Shown piece by piece: positions 35,801 through 50,177 of a DNA stretch of 64,000 nucleotides (within the stretch, counting starts at the first letter, position 1; each line of letters begins with the position of its first letter). This DNA is from Takakia lepidozioides. Taxonomy: Eukaryota; Plantae; Bryophyta. The notes below the pieces were generated by a model that saw nothing but the letters and a program-made list of their open reading frames with translations, searched no databases and was not told the DNA's origin. Where the stretch lies: assembly GCA_030704615.1 (NCBI GenBank), contig CM060734.1, positions 4,836,001-4,900,000 of the forward strand, written 5' to 3'. Made by a program: the position numbers and the translations under genes.

Positions 35801-38800
35801 CTGTACCAGAAGCGGACTATCCCACCATCCCACCCATACCTTTGAAATTTTCAAAACAAAATCTTACACTTAGCTTTGTTGCAACCTTGGATTTTTAAGG
35901 AATCATTATGTAAGTACCCTTTGGTTATCTGAATCCTGCTTATGTTCTCTCTTTCTGGCTTTGTCAAGGGTAGACCTGATAATACCCTTGTTATTAATCA
36001 ATGCTGATTCTGGTTTTTTCCTTAGGGGCTGATGGATGGTGCCACTGAAAAGTGGCTGATATGTCTTTTTTCTGAGAGACCCTAGTGGTCTTGTCCTTGT
36101 CTTGACATGACACAAGTATCTTCCCTCTGTTCCATCAGAATGTGAAGAGAGAGAGAGCAGCTGCTCAGTCACCCCCCCCCCAACCTTATTTTTTATTTTT
36201 TTCCCTCATCTCTCCCTCACTCTCAATGTCCTTTGTCTCTGTAGAATCACCCTATGTTTTTTGCTATCGGAAGATTGCTACAGTGAGAGACATATGTACA
36301 GAAGGTACCCTGCTACAACACGTTGTACTTGCAAGCTTGATGTTAAGCAACAACTATCTATCATTGATGCACGTAGGAATCGCGCTTTGCATTGTAGATG
36401 CAAGAAGCCATGTATATTTCCAGCATAACCAAAGGTGGCCCCTCTAGTCCTTGGCCATCACCTCTTGACTTTGAAGGCGACACCAACTGGAAGCACAGAA
36501 AAAACAGGAACTCAAAAATTAAGGCTTACTTGAACTTTGAGGCCCTTAGATCAAATGTTAGGCTCCTGTTTTTTGCTGTTCTTCTCCTGGTTTCTAGTCT
36601 CCTCTTCCTTTGTAGCTTCGCCTTAGGCCTGAAGGCATAGATGGTGGATTTTGGTTCTTAGATTTATGCCCTAGCGGATTTTTCTGTGGTCTGGTTTTTA
36701 ACAGCTGATACTTTCAGTAAACCATGACTGGTTTTTATGCTACCCATTGTGGTGCTCTAGGAGGTTCCCTCCGATTGTATTGCCTCATCCCCCCCCCCCC
36801 CAGGTTATTTTTTCCTCGTGTCTTAATTTGATGAAAGGGCTCCGCTCCCTTTCTGTAGAAAAAAAAATAAAAAATGGCGACCACTCAGGCTGCTGCAATA
36901 CTGAAGTATTTTGCTATTGTTAGAAAGGAATGGAGAGGAAGTAGGGATGCACTAAAGCCCATGTTACTGATGACTAAATGGAGGAATGCCTTCCAATGGA
37001 CAACGAACTTTGTTGCATTGCTTTAGGAATTTGGTCTTTCCTTGTGTTTTGATTGACAAATAAATGTTTCTATATTTTCATAGTTTCTCTTACCATCAGT
37101 GTTGTTTTTTGACAAGTAGCCCTACTTTTTTTTTGTGACAGGTTAATTCTTTCCAACACTCTTGGGGCAAAGGCGACTTGCTCGGAACCTACATTCCCAA
37201 CATGCATTTTACTTGGCAAAAGTCCATCCCCTCTCAATGGGAGGTCCCCTGGTGAAGGGGAGGAAGCTGAGTTCAACTGGCGCCACAAGAAAGCAAGGGA
37301 CCCGAAATTTAGAACGCAGCTAAAGTTCTGATGCCTTGGGACTCCTCTGAAGGTGGCTTCATAGATTTCTTGGCCACTCCACTTGCACATTCTAGGGACA
37401 GAGAATAGCTTTAACGATATAATCGGCTCCCCATCGCTTGAATTTCCTCCGAATCCAGCTTACGAATCTCATACTACTTTTTCCAGACCTTCTTCGCTCG
37501 GATTCATGATCTATTAAGCTAAGAATGCAGTCTCACACTAGTCTCACCATACCTCTTCTTCTTTGAAACTGATCTTACACCTCTCTCTCACCCCTTATCC
37601 TCGTCTTTCGTAGCTAGTTTGCTTAGGACTCGGGGAAGTTCCCCCGCAGTAGGCCTTCACGGCCCCTATAGTGGTTACTTTTTCCACTGATGTAACTCCC
37701 TTTTTATTAATTTGATTAAAAGGGCTTCCATCCCCTTTCTCTAAAAATAAAAAAAATAAAAAATAAAAACTTTTTTTGACTTTCACTGTGACAGACAACT
37801 TTGAGAAAATGCCTTTCACATGACAGGTTGACAGATTTTTGACCTTTCACACAACCATGTCATATGAAATAAAAAATAAAAAATGAAAAGAAGTGTGAAC
37901 TTCTTACAACTACAATTAGTGAAGCTCCAGTTTGTGAGTACATCTGATATTATATTCATGGGTTCCAACGTTCCAACCCAAACGTACCACTTATTCTCTA
38001 ACTATAAGACTCTAGCATTTTTAACCTCTTCATATGTAGCCCCAAGCCTATCTTCTTTGAGAAATCTTTTCTTGACTTATCAATGAGCTAGGAGATACAA
38101 TATGCTAGTTGATTGTAAGTTTGTAAGTAAAGATTTTGAGTCATGCAAGATGGCCAGGTCGAATCAGGCCTGGTAAGTTACCATGACCTGAGGATGAGGT
38201 CCTTCCTCATGATACTAACGATGCAGCCCTGCTGCATTACAATGCACTAGATCCAATAATAAAAGAGACAATACGAAAGTGGGCTGATAGTGGGTACTGA
38301 TAGTGGGTACTTGATGTACAAATTTGGGAAGCCCCATAAATCCACAACCCTAAGCAAACTACTACCCTTTATTTAGTGCTAATAAGTGATTTACGGCCCT
38401 GAACGCAATCCCAATGGGATTGTAAGTTGCCGTTGTATGGGGCCCAACAGGGTGCATGTGCTGAAAGTGCTTTGCTGCAGGGCCAGTGGACGAGGTCAGG
38501 CTCACTTTTGAATTTTGAAATTACTGCTAAACTGGTGACCATTTGCTGGCTACTCATGCAAGAGCGCCCAGGTACTACAGTATCACTGGCTAAATCTTTG
38601 GTAAACTGCCTGCTAATTACTAGTTTGAACAGGAATCATAAGAAACCCACCTGGCACCCCAAAGATGCTCTGGCTTAGAGGGACTGCCGATAGTGTGAAT
38701 AATAAGGCACTATATTACATAAACGAATGACTCCGCATTGCACTATCATACATCAGTTGGTAGAAGTGCCCACCTGAGTCATAGGAAGGAGCAGCCCACC

Positions 38801-39114
38801 CATCCCCAAAAAAGGAGTGTGGGAACTCATGTCCAAAATTGAATACTCTAGAGCCGAGAAATGTAAAAACTAAAAACCTGTCCATGAGCTCATAACAGAC
38901 TCTGAACTCTCCCCAGTCACTGCATTGCACCTGGAAAATGTAAAATGGCAAGCACGAGGGTCCTTTCTTGCCTTCCCATCAATGCGTCTGGAACTAATGT
39001 CCAGTGCGGCGTGCGGATAAGGAACTTCTGGATGTTCGAGCATTGATTTGTAAGTTGTCGCCTCCAAAACCGAAGAAAACTGGTGCGTCCTACCAATAAC
39101 ATGGGATGGAACTA

Positions 39115-39737
39115 CCGTCCCTTATCAACTGTTTAGGCCATAATTAATTGAAATTGAAAGTGCCTAACCCGTTTTGGGAATTTTTCAAATTTTGGCCTAA
39201 TTGCACGGAAATTGTGGGACCAAAGTGCCTAATGCCTAAAAATTCCAGCAAAAAACTTTCAGGCCTCTTCTCATGTTGTTTGTAACAAGATGAAAATTTC
39301 ATTGAACACAAAAATCAATACAAATATATGTGTACGGAAATAACTTCCTACAAATCCCAATCTATTTGCGAGAGCTCCATGTAACTTCGAAAGGCTCATG
39401 CATGGACTCCACAATGTCATCATATTCATCCTCCTCCCTAATCATCATTAGGGTGCACTTTTAGGGTTTGCACGGAAATGCTGGAGCCTGTAAGCTTGGA
39501 GGAGATTTGAGCTGGGCCTGTTGGCATGGGACAAGGGGCCCATGGGCATTGGGTTTCTATTTTGTATTTTAATTCCTAAGAAAATAGATGTTTTCTCTTC
39601 TCATGTGCCTAATTCTAAAAACTTATAGCATGAAGATGCCTAATGTGAGAAATGGTTTGAGAAACGTGCCTAAGGAGTCTGTCTGGTTTTTAATAATTAT
39701 TAGGCACAAAAATGCCTAATCGGTTGATAAGGGACGG
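39115..39737. mobile_element. MITE (Tc1/mariner-type, TA target duplication)
   Basis: Inverted termini CCGTCCCTTATCAAC.. / ..GTTGATAAGGGACGG flanked by TA on both sides. Subterminal TGCCTAA repeats. No ORF. Confidence 0.8.
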
Positions 39738-40772
39738 TAGTCCTGGGATGCCAGTCTGCGTGTAAGTAGCTGTTCGAATATGTCCACCTCATAACATACG
39801 ACAGTGTCCTTCGCAGACCAACTTCCCACTTTCTTTTTTAGAGGGATACCCATAGAAAACTAGGAAAAGCAAAGCGTGGTTCCCTCAAGGAACGAACTGA
39901 AGCAAGGAGTGATGATTTATTGTACATAGCTTGGCCTGAGAAATCGGCGCAGCCCATACTGCAACAACAACAATATTCTTCTCTTCTTCTGCTGCAGCTG
40001 CAGACTGCTAAGAAAGTTGAGGATAACGGAGTCCGTTGGGGTCGCGAGGCCCGAGGAGGACTGCCGGAACGCCGTAAGCCTGCCAGGCCACGCCTGCTGT
40101 CAGCTTCTTGATACTCCACACTTGCACCATTGAAAGAATGACAGGGAGGCAAGTGTCCAGTGTGATCTAGAGCCCTTGCCATACTTCCATGTATTGTAGG
40201 TTTAGCAGGATGCAATGCTTCTTCATGATGCTTGCTATTTTAGTGGCGACTGTAGCTAAATTGGTTGGCGGCTCGGTCTAGTGTTTGCCCTCCTGGGTGC
40301 TTTGAGTGGGTCCAGTTCTGCCAAAAGAGCTCTCCTGGAGAAATACAGAGGGATACACTGGCTGCCACTCTGACACAGATCTAGCGACCGATGGCCATGA
40401 CTCAACGGTCCCTATGCCGGACATGGCCTCTTCCCTGCGGCTACATCTTCCTGCCCACCTGCTCTTTCTCCCTCGACTGGCTTTCCACGTTTGGGTGCTA
40501 GCAAGCTGGGTGGGAATCTCGACTATCTCTTCCCACTTGTTGGCACTTGCATTCCCATCTACACACACGAGCGATTCCACAGTACATCGGTAGGTTGTGG
40601 ACTGTTGACGTCTTCCGTTTGTAGCCAGCTGGTCCTTCAGCTCGCTAGCCAATGGATTGCGAGCTCAATCTTGCCACGGACTAGTGTTAGGGAGCTCGTC
40701 AGGTTTTTGGAGCGCTTGCTCAGCGTGGGATAGCGGAAAGGAGAGTTCGAAGAAGCTAGGTCGCGACTATCC

Positions 40773-43521
40773 ATGGTGGTGCCACATAGACTAGCGCAGG
40801 GCCGTGTCCTGTGGCGTGCTCTGTCCTTGTTCTTCCTCTTCTCCACTGCAGGTAATGTCGTCTCAACGGATTTGTTCCATCCCCATTTCTTCTCAATAAA
40901 TCGACCGTCATGAAGGCAGCTGGGCTCAAGCATAGCGTTAAACGTCATTGGATCACGAACATTAGTAGTGCTACTGCTGTGGAGGTTGATGTAGCATGTA
41001 GTAATGATCTCACAGTTCTGAGTGTGGAATCAGACTCCTAGCGGGGCCTGCAGAGAGCTATAGACTTCACATAATCTTCTCTTGACAGCTGACTCCCATC
41101 CCAGAATCGTGTTCTGACAAAAGCCACCGAGGTATTGACTAGCAAAAAATTCAAACTTTAAACCCAATTCTGGGTCTCTCGCGTTGATCAGAAGTCTTCG
41201 ATTGCCCTTGATGAGTGGTCGGATAGAACAGGCATTCCGTTTCCCATAACGCCAGTCAGAGAAAGATTTATCGTTAAGGCTGCAAGCATTTGTGGTCAGC
41301 TCGGCATCTGCAGCTTCATTCAGATCTCAGAGAACTCCTTGGTTTCCAAGTTTGCCACCACAGATTCTGTAGCATTTGACTGACTGCAAGGTGCTGGCAC
41401 GCAGGAGCCTTCGTCGGACTAAACTATGGAACCAACGGCGATAATCTGCCAACACCGCAGCAGGCGGTTCAGCTGCTGAAGAAACAGAGTATATCGTATG
41501 TGCGCATCTACGACACAAATGCCACAGTGCTACAGGCCTTTCAAGGTTCAAACATCCAGCTCGTAGTGGGGGTGCTCAACGACGAGGTGTTGAGCCTGGG
41601 AGAGAGCAATGCATCCGCCTCAACATGGGTAAAGAACAACATTGTGCCCTTTGCATCGACTTGCAACATCACCGCCATTGCCGTTGGCAATGAGGTCCTC
41701 ACTGGTGACTCATCGCTTGCACTGCTGCTACTCCCTGCCATGAACTTCATTCACTCAGGGCTGGTGGCCAATGGCTTGGATGGGCAGATCAAAGTGTCCA
41801 CCCCCTGCGCAGTGGAGCTTCTCAGCAACACCTACCCTCCCTCCAGTGGAGCCTTCAACAGCACATATGCTATGACTGTAATTCGACCAATGCTGGACTT
41901 CTTGTCAGAAACAGGGTCTTTCTTCATGCTCAATTCATACCCCTTCAAAGCCTATGAGCAGAACTCACAGGTCATATCCCTTCAGTATGCACTATTCGAG
42001 CCCAATGCAGGTGTTGTGGATTCAGCCACTGGGTTCCTCTACACCAACGTGTTTGATGCTATTTTGGATGCTGTCTACACTGCCATTGCTGCACTCAATC
42101 ACTCAGATGTCACAGTTGTTGTCAGTGAGACTGGGTGGCCGACACAGGGGGATACTAATGAGGTTGGAGTGTCAGCTTCAAATGCCCAAACCTACAATTC
42201 CAATCTCATCAAGCATGTGCTTAACAAGACTGGGACTCCTGCCAGACCTGGCATTGTGATTGACACATTTCTTTATGAACTTTTCAATGAGGATAAGGAC
42301 GTAGGCCCCACCTCGCAGCGGAACTATGGTGTCTTCAATGCCGATCTGTCTGCAGTTTATGCACTTGACCTAACTGGAACTGGCATTTCAGATGTAGGCA
42401 TCAATTCAACAACCAGCAGAACTTGGTGTGTTGCAATACAGGTCAGCTTTTCACTTTCTGGGAGAATTTAAGAAATCTGCAAAAACACATGTTGAGTCGC
42501 TGCTCAAGCAATTTTGATGAGCAGTTTGTGAACAAAATTGTATTCAAGCAGGAATGTGACGTAAATATTAGTCTTCCCTCACGAGCTATGTGTTTCAATA
42601 TTGATACTCACATGGTGCGTTTGCTTGATAAGAGTTGGAACAGGGGGCCAGTGATAGTATGTTGCAAGCTGCTTTGGATTATGCCTGTGGTCGGGCCAAC
42701 TGTTCAGCCATACAATCAAATGGAACATGTTACTTACCCAACACGAGGACTTCCCATGCATCATATGCAATGAACAGCTATTACCAAAGTAACGGTGCTG
42801 CCCAGGGGACCTGTGATTTCCAAAACACCGCCACACTTGCAACAACTGATCCAAGTAAGTACTCCTACCCTATGAAGCTGGTAGTCCACATGAATCCCAG
42901 GAGAGCCCCAACATAAGAAAATAGCTCAGCCCACATTTTGATGAAACCAGAAGCACTTGGGGGTGCAAAGAATTATCCTCAGTGGCGAATTGGTCTGTGT
43001 GACAGAATCCTAGAGGTGCATTGGAAGTAGGGAAGATGAAATTCTGCTACTGTGCAACTCTGGAAGCTTCTTTGGGAAAAGTTTTCTGGATCTTTGGTCC
43101 TAAAGGCAAAAAGAAGGTCGCATTTTTTTCTAACCAAATATGTTGTGCACGATGAATGGCATGTGCAGGCTATGGGACGTGTATTTATCCAGGGAGGTAC
43201 AGATCCTTCCCTCACTTGGAGCTATGTTTGCATTTCTTCTTGCCACTTCCATGCTTGGGACTGTACATTGAAAACTTGCATCAGTTGCATCTGCACCATC
43301 ATCAATAGGATTTGGTTCTGTTCAGGAGCACACCTGACAAGTCTGCAATTTCTCTTGACAGTTTTGTGGTGGTGTTGGATGTGCAGCACACCCCTAGCAA
43401 CTCAATATAGTTTTGGAGAAATGTTGATTCCTCTTCATCCTCTGACAAATCTTGCCTTCTCAGCACTGGGGACACTGCTTGTGCTGAACCTGCGGCACTA
43501 GGCCAAGGCTTCTGTGTATAG
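40773..43521 (+). CDS. Glucan endo-1,3-beta-glucosidase (GH17) with signal peptide and X8/CBM43 domain. Exons about 40773-40851, 41405-42441, 42644-42854, 43169-43196; last exon uncertain (43464-43521 or 43326-43410)
   Basis: VGLNYGTNGDNLP, VRIYD, IAVGNE, VVSETGWP, YELFNED; X8 WCVA..LQAALDYACG..HASYAMNSYYQ..CDF..DPSYGTCIYP. GT-AG junctions keep the frame. Confidence 0.9.
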
Positions 43522-44374
43522 AACATTATCGGCCTTTCAACTCATCAACGGCTCCACAGAGGCAATAGCGCTTGACCATCCAGCTGCTGAATTATTCCAC
43601 ATCCAACAGTCTAATTAAAATACAAAAACCAATTTTGTAATCAATGTTCACCATCCTTCCCCCCCTCCTACCCCCCCTCCTACCCTAGGATTTGTGTCTG
43701 TTGCATGTGGCAGATACAGATATTCATGGAGATTGGAATTTTGTTAGCTTGAACATTGTGTGACAATCAAGGTGCCCAAGCCACTCTTACAGAAAAATCT
43801 TAGATTTGTATAACAACTGTTGATGTCCATGTCTTCAGAACTTCAATGGTTTTGTGCAGAGCATCCATATTATCAGCAACATAATAGTACTCATAATGAC
43901 CTTTTATGCTACATGTTGATGGTATTGCAAGTGTTCAAGTGCAACATAGTGTGAGTAAGTTGCTTTTGTCAACGAATAGTCACAAGTTCACAGAAGTCAC
44001 AAAGCAAAATTCATAGCTGATGACAAGCAAGCTGCCAATCTGAGCTACTCTGTGCATGGAGCTTACCATGCAACCTTTCCAAATCCACGAACCAAACATC
44101 TGATCCAATCTATGTGGTCTTGAGATCTTCAATCTTCAGGGGATCGCTTCCCCAAAGAAAGCTCCTCAATCTCCAAGGAAACCTGTCACCCCCTCTCACC
44201 CCATTTAGATAATGTGACTATTGTCCTTCTCTCAAAGATGCCTGCAATTGGAACTCGAATAGCGAGACACCTACAGATTTCAAAAAACGAAGAATCATCA
44301 CTCATCAGAGGTTCCTCTGCACTAGTCCTGGTCGCCTTCACCCTCTGACTCTGCATTCTCCTGGCCCTGAAATA

Positions 44375-47300
44375 CTACCGGTTCGTGGGAACATATGGGG
44401 AGCCTGGCACGTCAGGTAAAGGACAGCCATCATTCTCCTGTTCAGGGACAGTAACAGGTTTGAAGATGGACTGCTGAGGTGTCATTCCAGAGCTGGGCTC
44501 TAGATCAGCATCCATGGCTGTCACATGGTAGTCATGACTGCCATCATTAGCATGCTCTGTCTCCAGTGCTGCCTCTCCCTTGTCCTCCAGCAGGACACCA
44601 TCATCCCCCTTCGGGCTTATCAACCTCTCCCGGTAGTCACGCATCTCTATCTTGTACCTCTCCTTGTCTTTCACGCCTCGATCTTGATAAGGCTGCATAA
44701 ACCCCATTACTTTCTCATAACACATACTGAAAAAGACCAGAGTATTCCTTCCTCATACCACTACGTGGGTGGCAGGAGAGATTTTCAGGCAAGCTGAAAA
44801 ATCAAGATCAGTACCAAACTGGGCTGACAACTCACTAAGACCAAAGGCAGATCTTGGAAAAACTGAAGGCACATGGTACTCACAGATTTCTCTTCCTCAG
44901 AAAGACCGTTCCAGGCATTGCCTATCATACGACTTAGCTCTTTGTCTTTCTCAGGGTGCAGTGCTTTCAGCTTGGTGCGTTGCTCAGCGAAGAAGAAGTT
45001 GTAGCCTGTTCGGTTAGGCCGTGGTGCGTTGGGGTCCTTCTTTGGCATGTCTTCTTTTCGTCGTCGCTTCCGTCGAGCCCGTGCCTCTATTCCCGGGAGT
45101 TGCAGCTCTGCACCAATAGTTCCTGCATAATTTGGCACACTGGCGTGCTGCAAAGCTCGTTGACCTGGTGGAACATGATATAACACCCCCCTCAACTTCT
45201 CGGTGCCCACCATGACCGCAACAAGGTAGCCATGCTCAAACTTGCCTTCAATTGCGCCCGTTACCACATGCCCAATTGATGCAGCTGGATCTACTGCACA
45301 TACCGTCGACAGTATGCACCAATGAATCTACTGAAAGATTGAACAATATCATGACTAGGGCCAAGATGTGACACCTCCTTCATTTCATTGCCCTAGGAAA
45401 AATGCAATGTTGGTAGCTAAACCTCTGAACATAAGAAAGCCTGCATCATTGCATCCTCTACAGGCTCATTTACTGTGGAAGGAGAGAAACCAAAACATCA
45501 AAGTGGAAAGGCCTTTAAAAACCTGGCAGTATTTGAATCGGGGTATTCTTCCTCTTCCTTGTCTTGTCACCAGAGACTGCTTCCAAGATTGGGTATGGTG
45601 GAAGTGCCTGATCACTTGTCTTGATAATGACAGGACTTGGTGCAGGCAATGGAACTGCCAACCAAAAAAAAATGTGAGGGTTCTTTTGGAGACCCTGCTT
45701 AAGAGAACTTTTGAAGTGCCCACCCATCATTTAGGCAATGGGGGTTCCAGGATCCTTGAAAAACTTTAGATTGCATGCTGAAAGAACCTATAAGCAGACA
45801 GAGTCTGATACTTCTCGATACATGCTGCACTTGAGATCTGACATTCCCACCATTTGGTACAGGCTTAAGGACACCTACCAGTGCGATTCTTGGCAAGTGT
45901 AAAATACAATGAAGAGTGTGTCCATTGTAAAAGGAGTGGAACAGCCAGAGTTTGTCAAGCACAGCCACATACTTGGAGGTGGTATCAGAGTGCCTGTTGC
46001 TCCAAAGAAGTAGGCTTGCTCGTAGTGATGGAGAAGGGCAATGTAGTATTTGCGCAATACATACGAGGCACTGGTTGTAGTACGTGGGAAGTTGAACACC
46101 CCCGTGATCTCCTTCCATTTTCTGTCCTTTATAACCTGCTTTCCCTTGCACTCGGAGATTGTGTTAGAATGACACTATTGGTTGACAAGTCAATGTACTC
46201 ATCCAACCCATCTGTAATGTTCTTCTGACTCTCAGCTCAGACCCCAAAGATGTAAGAAAAGTAAAAACTTCGACAGGTTCATGCAAAGACATTGATCAGA
46301 ATATGCAGGGCCTCCATAGACAACCTTCACAGATGAGCCAAGTAGGAGTTCAGAGCCAAAACAGAAGATTGAGAACCAGAGCCTCTGCCACTCCACTGCT
46401 TGAGGGAACATGTCAAAGATAATAACACAAATGAGAACAACCGATGAAGAAGCAGATTTGCATTGTACACCCTTTTTGAGATCTTTTAGCAGTTCGTCTA
46501 CCTTTCGAAAACCACGCAATTCCCCAAGTAGCAATAGCATGCAGCATCGAGTGAGCTAGTTATGCCAGATAATTAAATTCGTGGCTTTTTTAAACATTCG
46601 AGCACGAGTCATGCAGTAGCCTTCTGAAGGAGAGGAGAAAAAGAGAGAACACCTGCTGAAGACCACCACGTGCAGTGACTTCAACATAGAGCACATGTAA
46701 GTCAAGGTCTTTGCCCCCCATCTTTGGAATTCTGCACACCATGCAACCCATTAAAACAGGTGAGGGAAATTGTCACAGCCTGCTGCACATGACAGCCAGA
46801 AAAAATAGTCAGATAAGTTGACGAGATGCCCAAGTGGGGCAGCTGGCTTGCACGGTTCACTCTGTGAAAACGCTTCGTGGCTGATCTAGCAAAAATCTTA
46901 CATGAATCCGAAATAAGTTGCAAGATTGTCAACAATAACTTCAATATCTTCACATCATTCAACATGAAAGTTTTGTGAACTGGATGTTACCTCAAAGATG
47001 GCCAGATTAACTAAAGACAAGAATTTCCTGGATTATCATGAAGATTACCAAGATAAATGCAACCAAGCTACTTGTGATATCTGCCTTTCACACCACAAGT
47101 GTAACAACAGATTGCTAAGATTGTTGTGATGAAACATCACCTTTGTTCAGATTTACAAGTTGTAGTTGAAATGTAGTTTTCATGAAGAATCTACTTCATT
47201 ATCTTTTCTTCTATTAGAAACAGCACCCACTGGATACTGAAGGGGATTTACATTGAAGAATGATGATCAGTTACTGTTGGCTGAATAACTGTAAGAAAGG

Positions 47301-48666
47301 CCACCTACAAGGACCATGGAGGCAACACAACTAGGTGGTGACCTCCCCCATGGCAAATTTGCTGGGGTCTGAGAATGATTATGTTACGATCAGATGGAGG
47401 AACTGAACAAATGGTCACGTGGAGCAGGGAGCAGGTACAGACCCGCTACCTCGTGGATTAGCACCAGTGCAGAGGCCCTCATTTGCATGAGCTTTCCATT
47501 GTGGTTGGTCCCCTTTGCCACAGCAGTCACTGTAACTATGACTACAGCGACGAATGCTGAATAGTTGATGTCAATGAACCTAGTACCAATATAACAATTT
47601 TACAAGTACCTTAACTCGTCTGAAAGACTCCTGAACAAGCACTCTTACCCCTCTAGGCTCTCTTGGAAGGTCTGAACCTCAGCAGCCCTCCCCTTCCTGC
47701 CCTTCTTTCTGCATCATCCAAAATCGGTTGCAGAATAAATGGCAACCATTAAAAGCAAGCACGGTTTATTCAGTACATTACCACCTAGAATGTGCTCACA
47801 TACCTTAGGAGATTATTCTATTTCCTGAACATTGAGGCTGTTTTCTAGCACCTTCTTCCATTTGAAGGTATATACTCGGGTCAACGTACTGGCCAGCTAG
47901 CTAATACCGTTCCTGCACTTCTGAGACCGGAAGCTTACCAAACTGGCTTCCCGACCGCTTTACACTGCTGAGCAGTACTTTACGGATTTTGAACAGCAAT
48001 GGTACAGCCTCTGGAACCTTCTATCCCTCCAAAAAGCCAGGTTCATACTTTCTACTCCTCATCGAACAGAGTGATGTGAGTTTCGAACTACTGCACCCCT
48101 CGAAAATGACCGCTCATGCTTGACTGATGTCACTTAGCAACCACCAAAAAAAAAAAAAAAATGGAGAAAAAAGAGAGCCGAATACTAAGTCAACAGCTGA
48201 TTTTTCGTGAAGGAAATTTTCAGAGAAATGCTGCCATTTTCTTCCAGTTCAGCAGTGACTGTTATAAGTAAAATTCATATGAAGTGAGTAACTACATATC
48301 TGTCCAATACGCAGTTAGCATACGTTAGCATACAATAGAGAAAGGATAACTACAAGCCTGGACTACTTGAAGAGTTTCTTACGCGAGACGAGTTCCAAGA
48401 GAAGTATGGAACTTGTTGAGAGTATCCAAGAACAGCTCCCGACTGGCCACCACTTCCAAGTGCTTGGCAAGAGCCGTCGGGTAAACCTGTCCCGGGATCA
48501 TTGCTGGTGTTACGATACCCGGTGTAGACATAGATGTCCCCATTACAGAAGTTGGGGTTCCTGGAGCTTGCTCCGGAGGCAAAGGCGACGAAGATACTCC
48601 ATTCTGCTCCACCTTCATATGTCCCTCGCCTCTAGAAAAGGGTGATGAAGGCGCCAGAATGGACAT
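44375..48666 (-). CDS. ARID-HMG box DNA-binding protein (HMGB9/10/15-like). Exons about 48666-48383, 46731-46653, 46135-45973, 45654-45523, 45293-44884, 44692-44375
   Basis: ARID IPKMGGKDLDLHVLYVEVTARGG / VIKDRKWKEI..FPRTTTSASYVLRKYY; VTGAIEGKFEHGYLVAV; HMG DPNAPRPNRTGYNFFFAEQR..PYQDRGVKDKERY. Confidence 0.9.
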
Positions 48667-49647
48667 TCGGCCTGCCTATCAAACCCTCAGAGCGTCAACC
48701 ACAATCAAAATCGAAATAATCAAGTGAGACTCACACCAGGACTCAGGAACTCAGAAAGCCTCCACTCTCCAAGAACACCGCGCTTGAGAACTCCTGGAAA
48801 CTGAACCTCCGCAGCAGAGAAGACAAAAGTTCGGTGAACGAAGAATCAGCAGGAGTACCGTGAGAGAAAAATATGAAGAACGGGATACACATCTAGTGCG
48901 AGACTGTATAAGGGCCGCTTTACACTAGGGCCCCAGTGTAAAGCGGCCCTAACAAAGCTCAAAACTTGGGAACGCGAAAACGAGAGAGAAAACCAAGCTC
49001 CTACCACGTGGCGCTCCGTGACAGGGTTATCCCCTGTACATAACTTCACTTTTCGTACTCTAGCCTGGAGATCTGGGTCTTGGCCAATGAGAGGCCTGAG
49101 TAACGGGAGGGCCAAGGGAACCAACGGTGTCTCGTGAATCGTGCGGCCTCGTGCGGCTTGCTCACCGGTTACACCCAGTCACTGACTCCCGGTCACCCAG
49201 GGAAACGGTCCAGTCTACGGCAGCAGCCAGTACACATTGTCGGACCCTCCCAACCCTTGAGCCCCAAAGACCTTTGAGCCCGAAAGACTCCCTGTATATA
49301 GTACTACGCACATGAGGGGGCGGGCAGGGCTGGAGCTGCCCTGTGGACCCAGCGGATGTTGGGGCGGATATCCGCCGTGACCACGCACATATGGGCGGAT
49401 GAAATCCCACAAATGATCCGTTGGGTGAACTTGGGCAAGAATTCACCGTAGCCAACTCGGTCCTCTCTCTCCTCTCGACGGCACACGCGCCAGTACTCCT
49501 AGTAGTGAAAATACCACATGAGGGTAGCATAAACTTGGTTCCTTGCAAAAAAATAGAGATTGGCAAGGTCATTTTGATATGGATGCTTATGTCTATGAGC
49601 TTAGGGAATTGTATGATAGTCAAATCAAAGGCGAGACTTATTTTGGG

Positions 49648-50177
49648 TGTCGTGCGCATACATATCGCTACACAACTACATCGCTGTCCAAACCACACCA
49701 CACATATATGCACAATAAAGTAGTCTGCCACAATAGATAGAACAAGCTAAGAGACACACTGCTCACACCAGAAACAACATGAATCCATCGTTATCACTCT
49801 TTAAAACAGAAGTCGAGCCAGGGGCACCCCAAGCTGTGGGGACTCCACCCCACAACAACCTACACTCCCATCATAAGCACACTCAAATCTAAACGCATGA
49901 AGGAGCTCGATCGTGCAGGCTCAACTCGAGAGAGATGAGCTACGCGACTGCCGCTCTCGTGAAGATAAGTCGGTTCAGGTGTCAAACTAAACTTGACACC
50001 TGATTTAATACTTGACCTAAATCCAAGTGTTAAATACAAATAACTAGCTTTATTCTAGTTGTTTTCACACTGTGCTTATTTAACTTGACAGCTGTCGTGC
50101 GCATACATATCGCTACACAACTACATCGCTATCCAAACCACACCACACATATATGCACAATAAAGTAGTCTGCCACA
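49648..50177 (-). repeat. 3' terminal B-A-B structure of A5
   Basis: 85-bp B copies flank the 357-bp A. PPT TAGGGGGGCGAT at 50189-50178. Confidence 0.93.

Noticed and set aside
39838-40733. Short overlapping ORFs upstream of the glucanase
   Set aside because: No recognisable domains. Likely promoter or 5'UTR sequence.
48960-49420. Possible Pol III ncRNA gene (TATA near 49300, TAACCCT resembling a telomerase template)
   Set aside because: No correctly placed USE, incomplete template, and no recognisable snRNA, SRP or MRP motifs.
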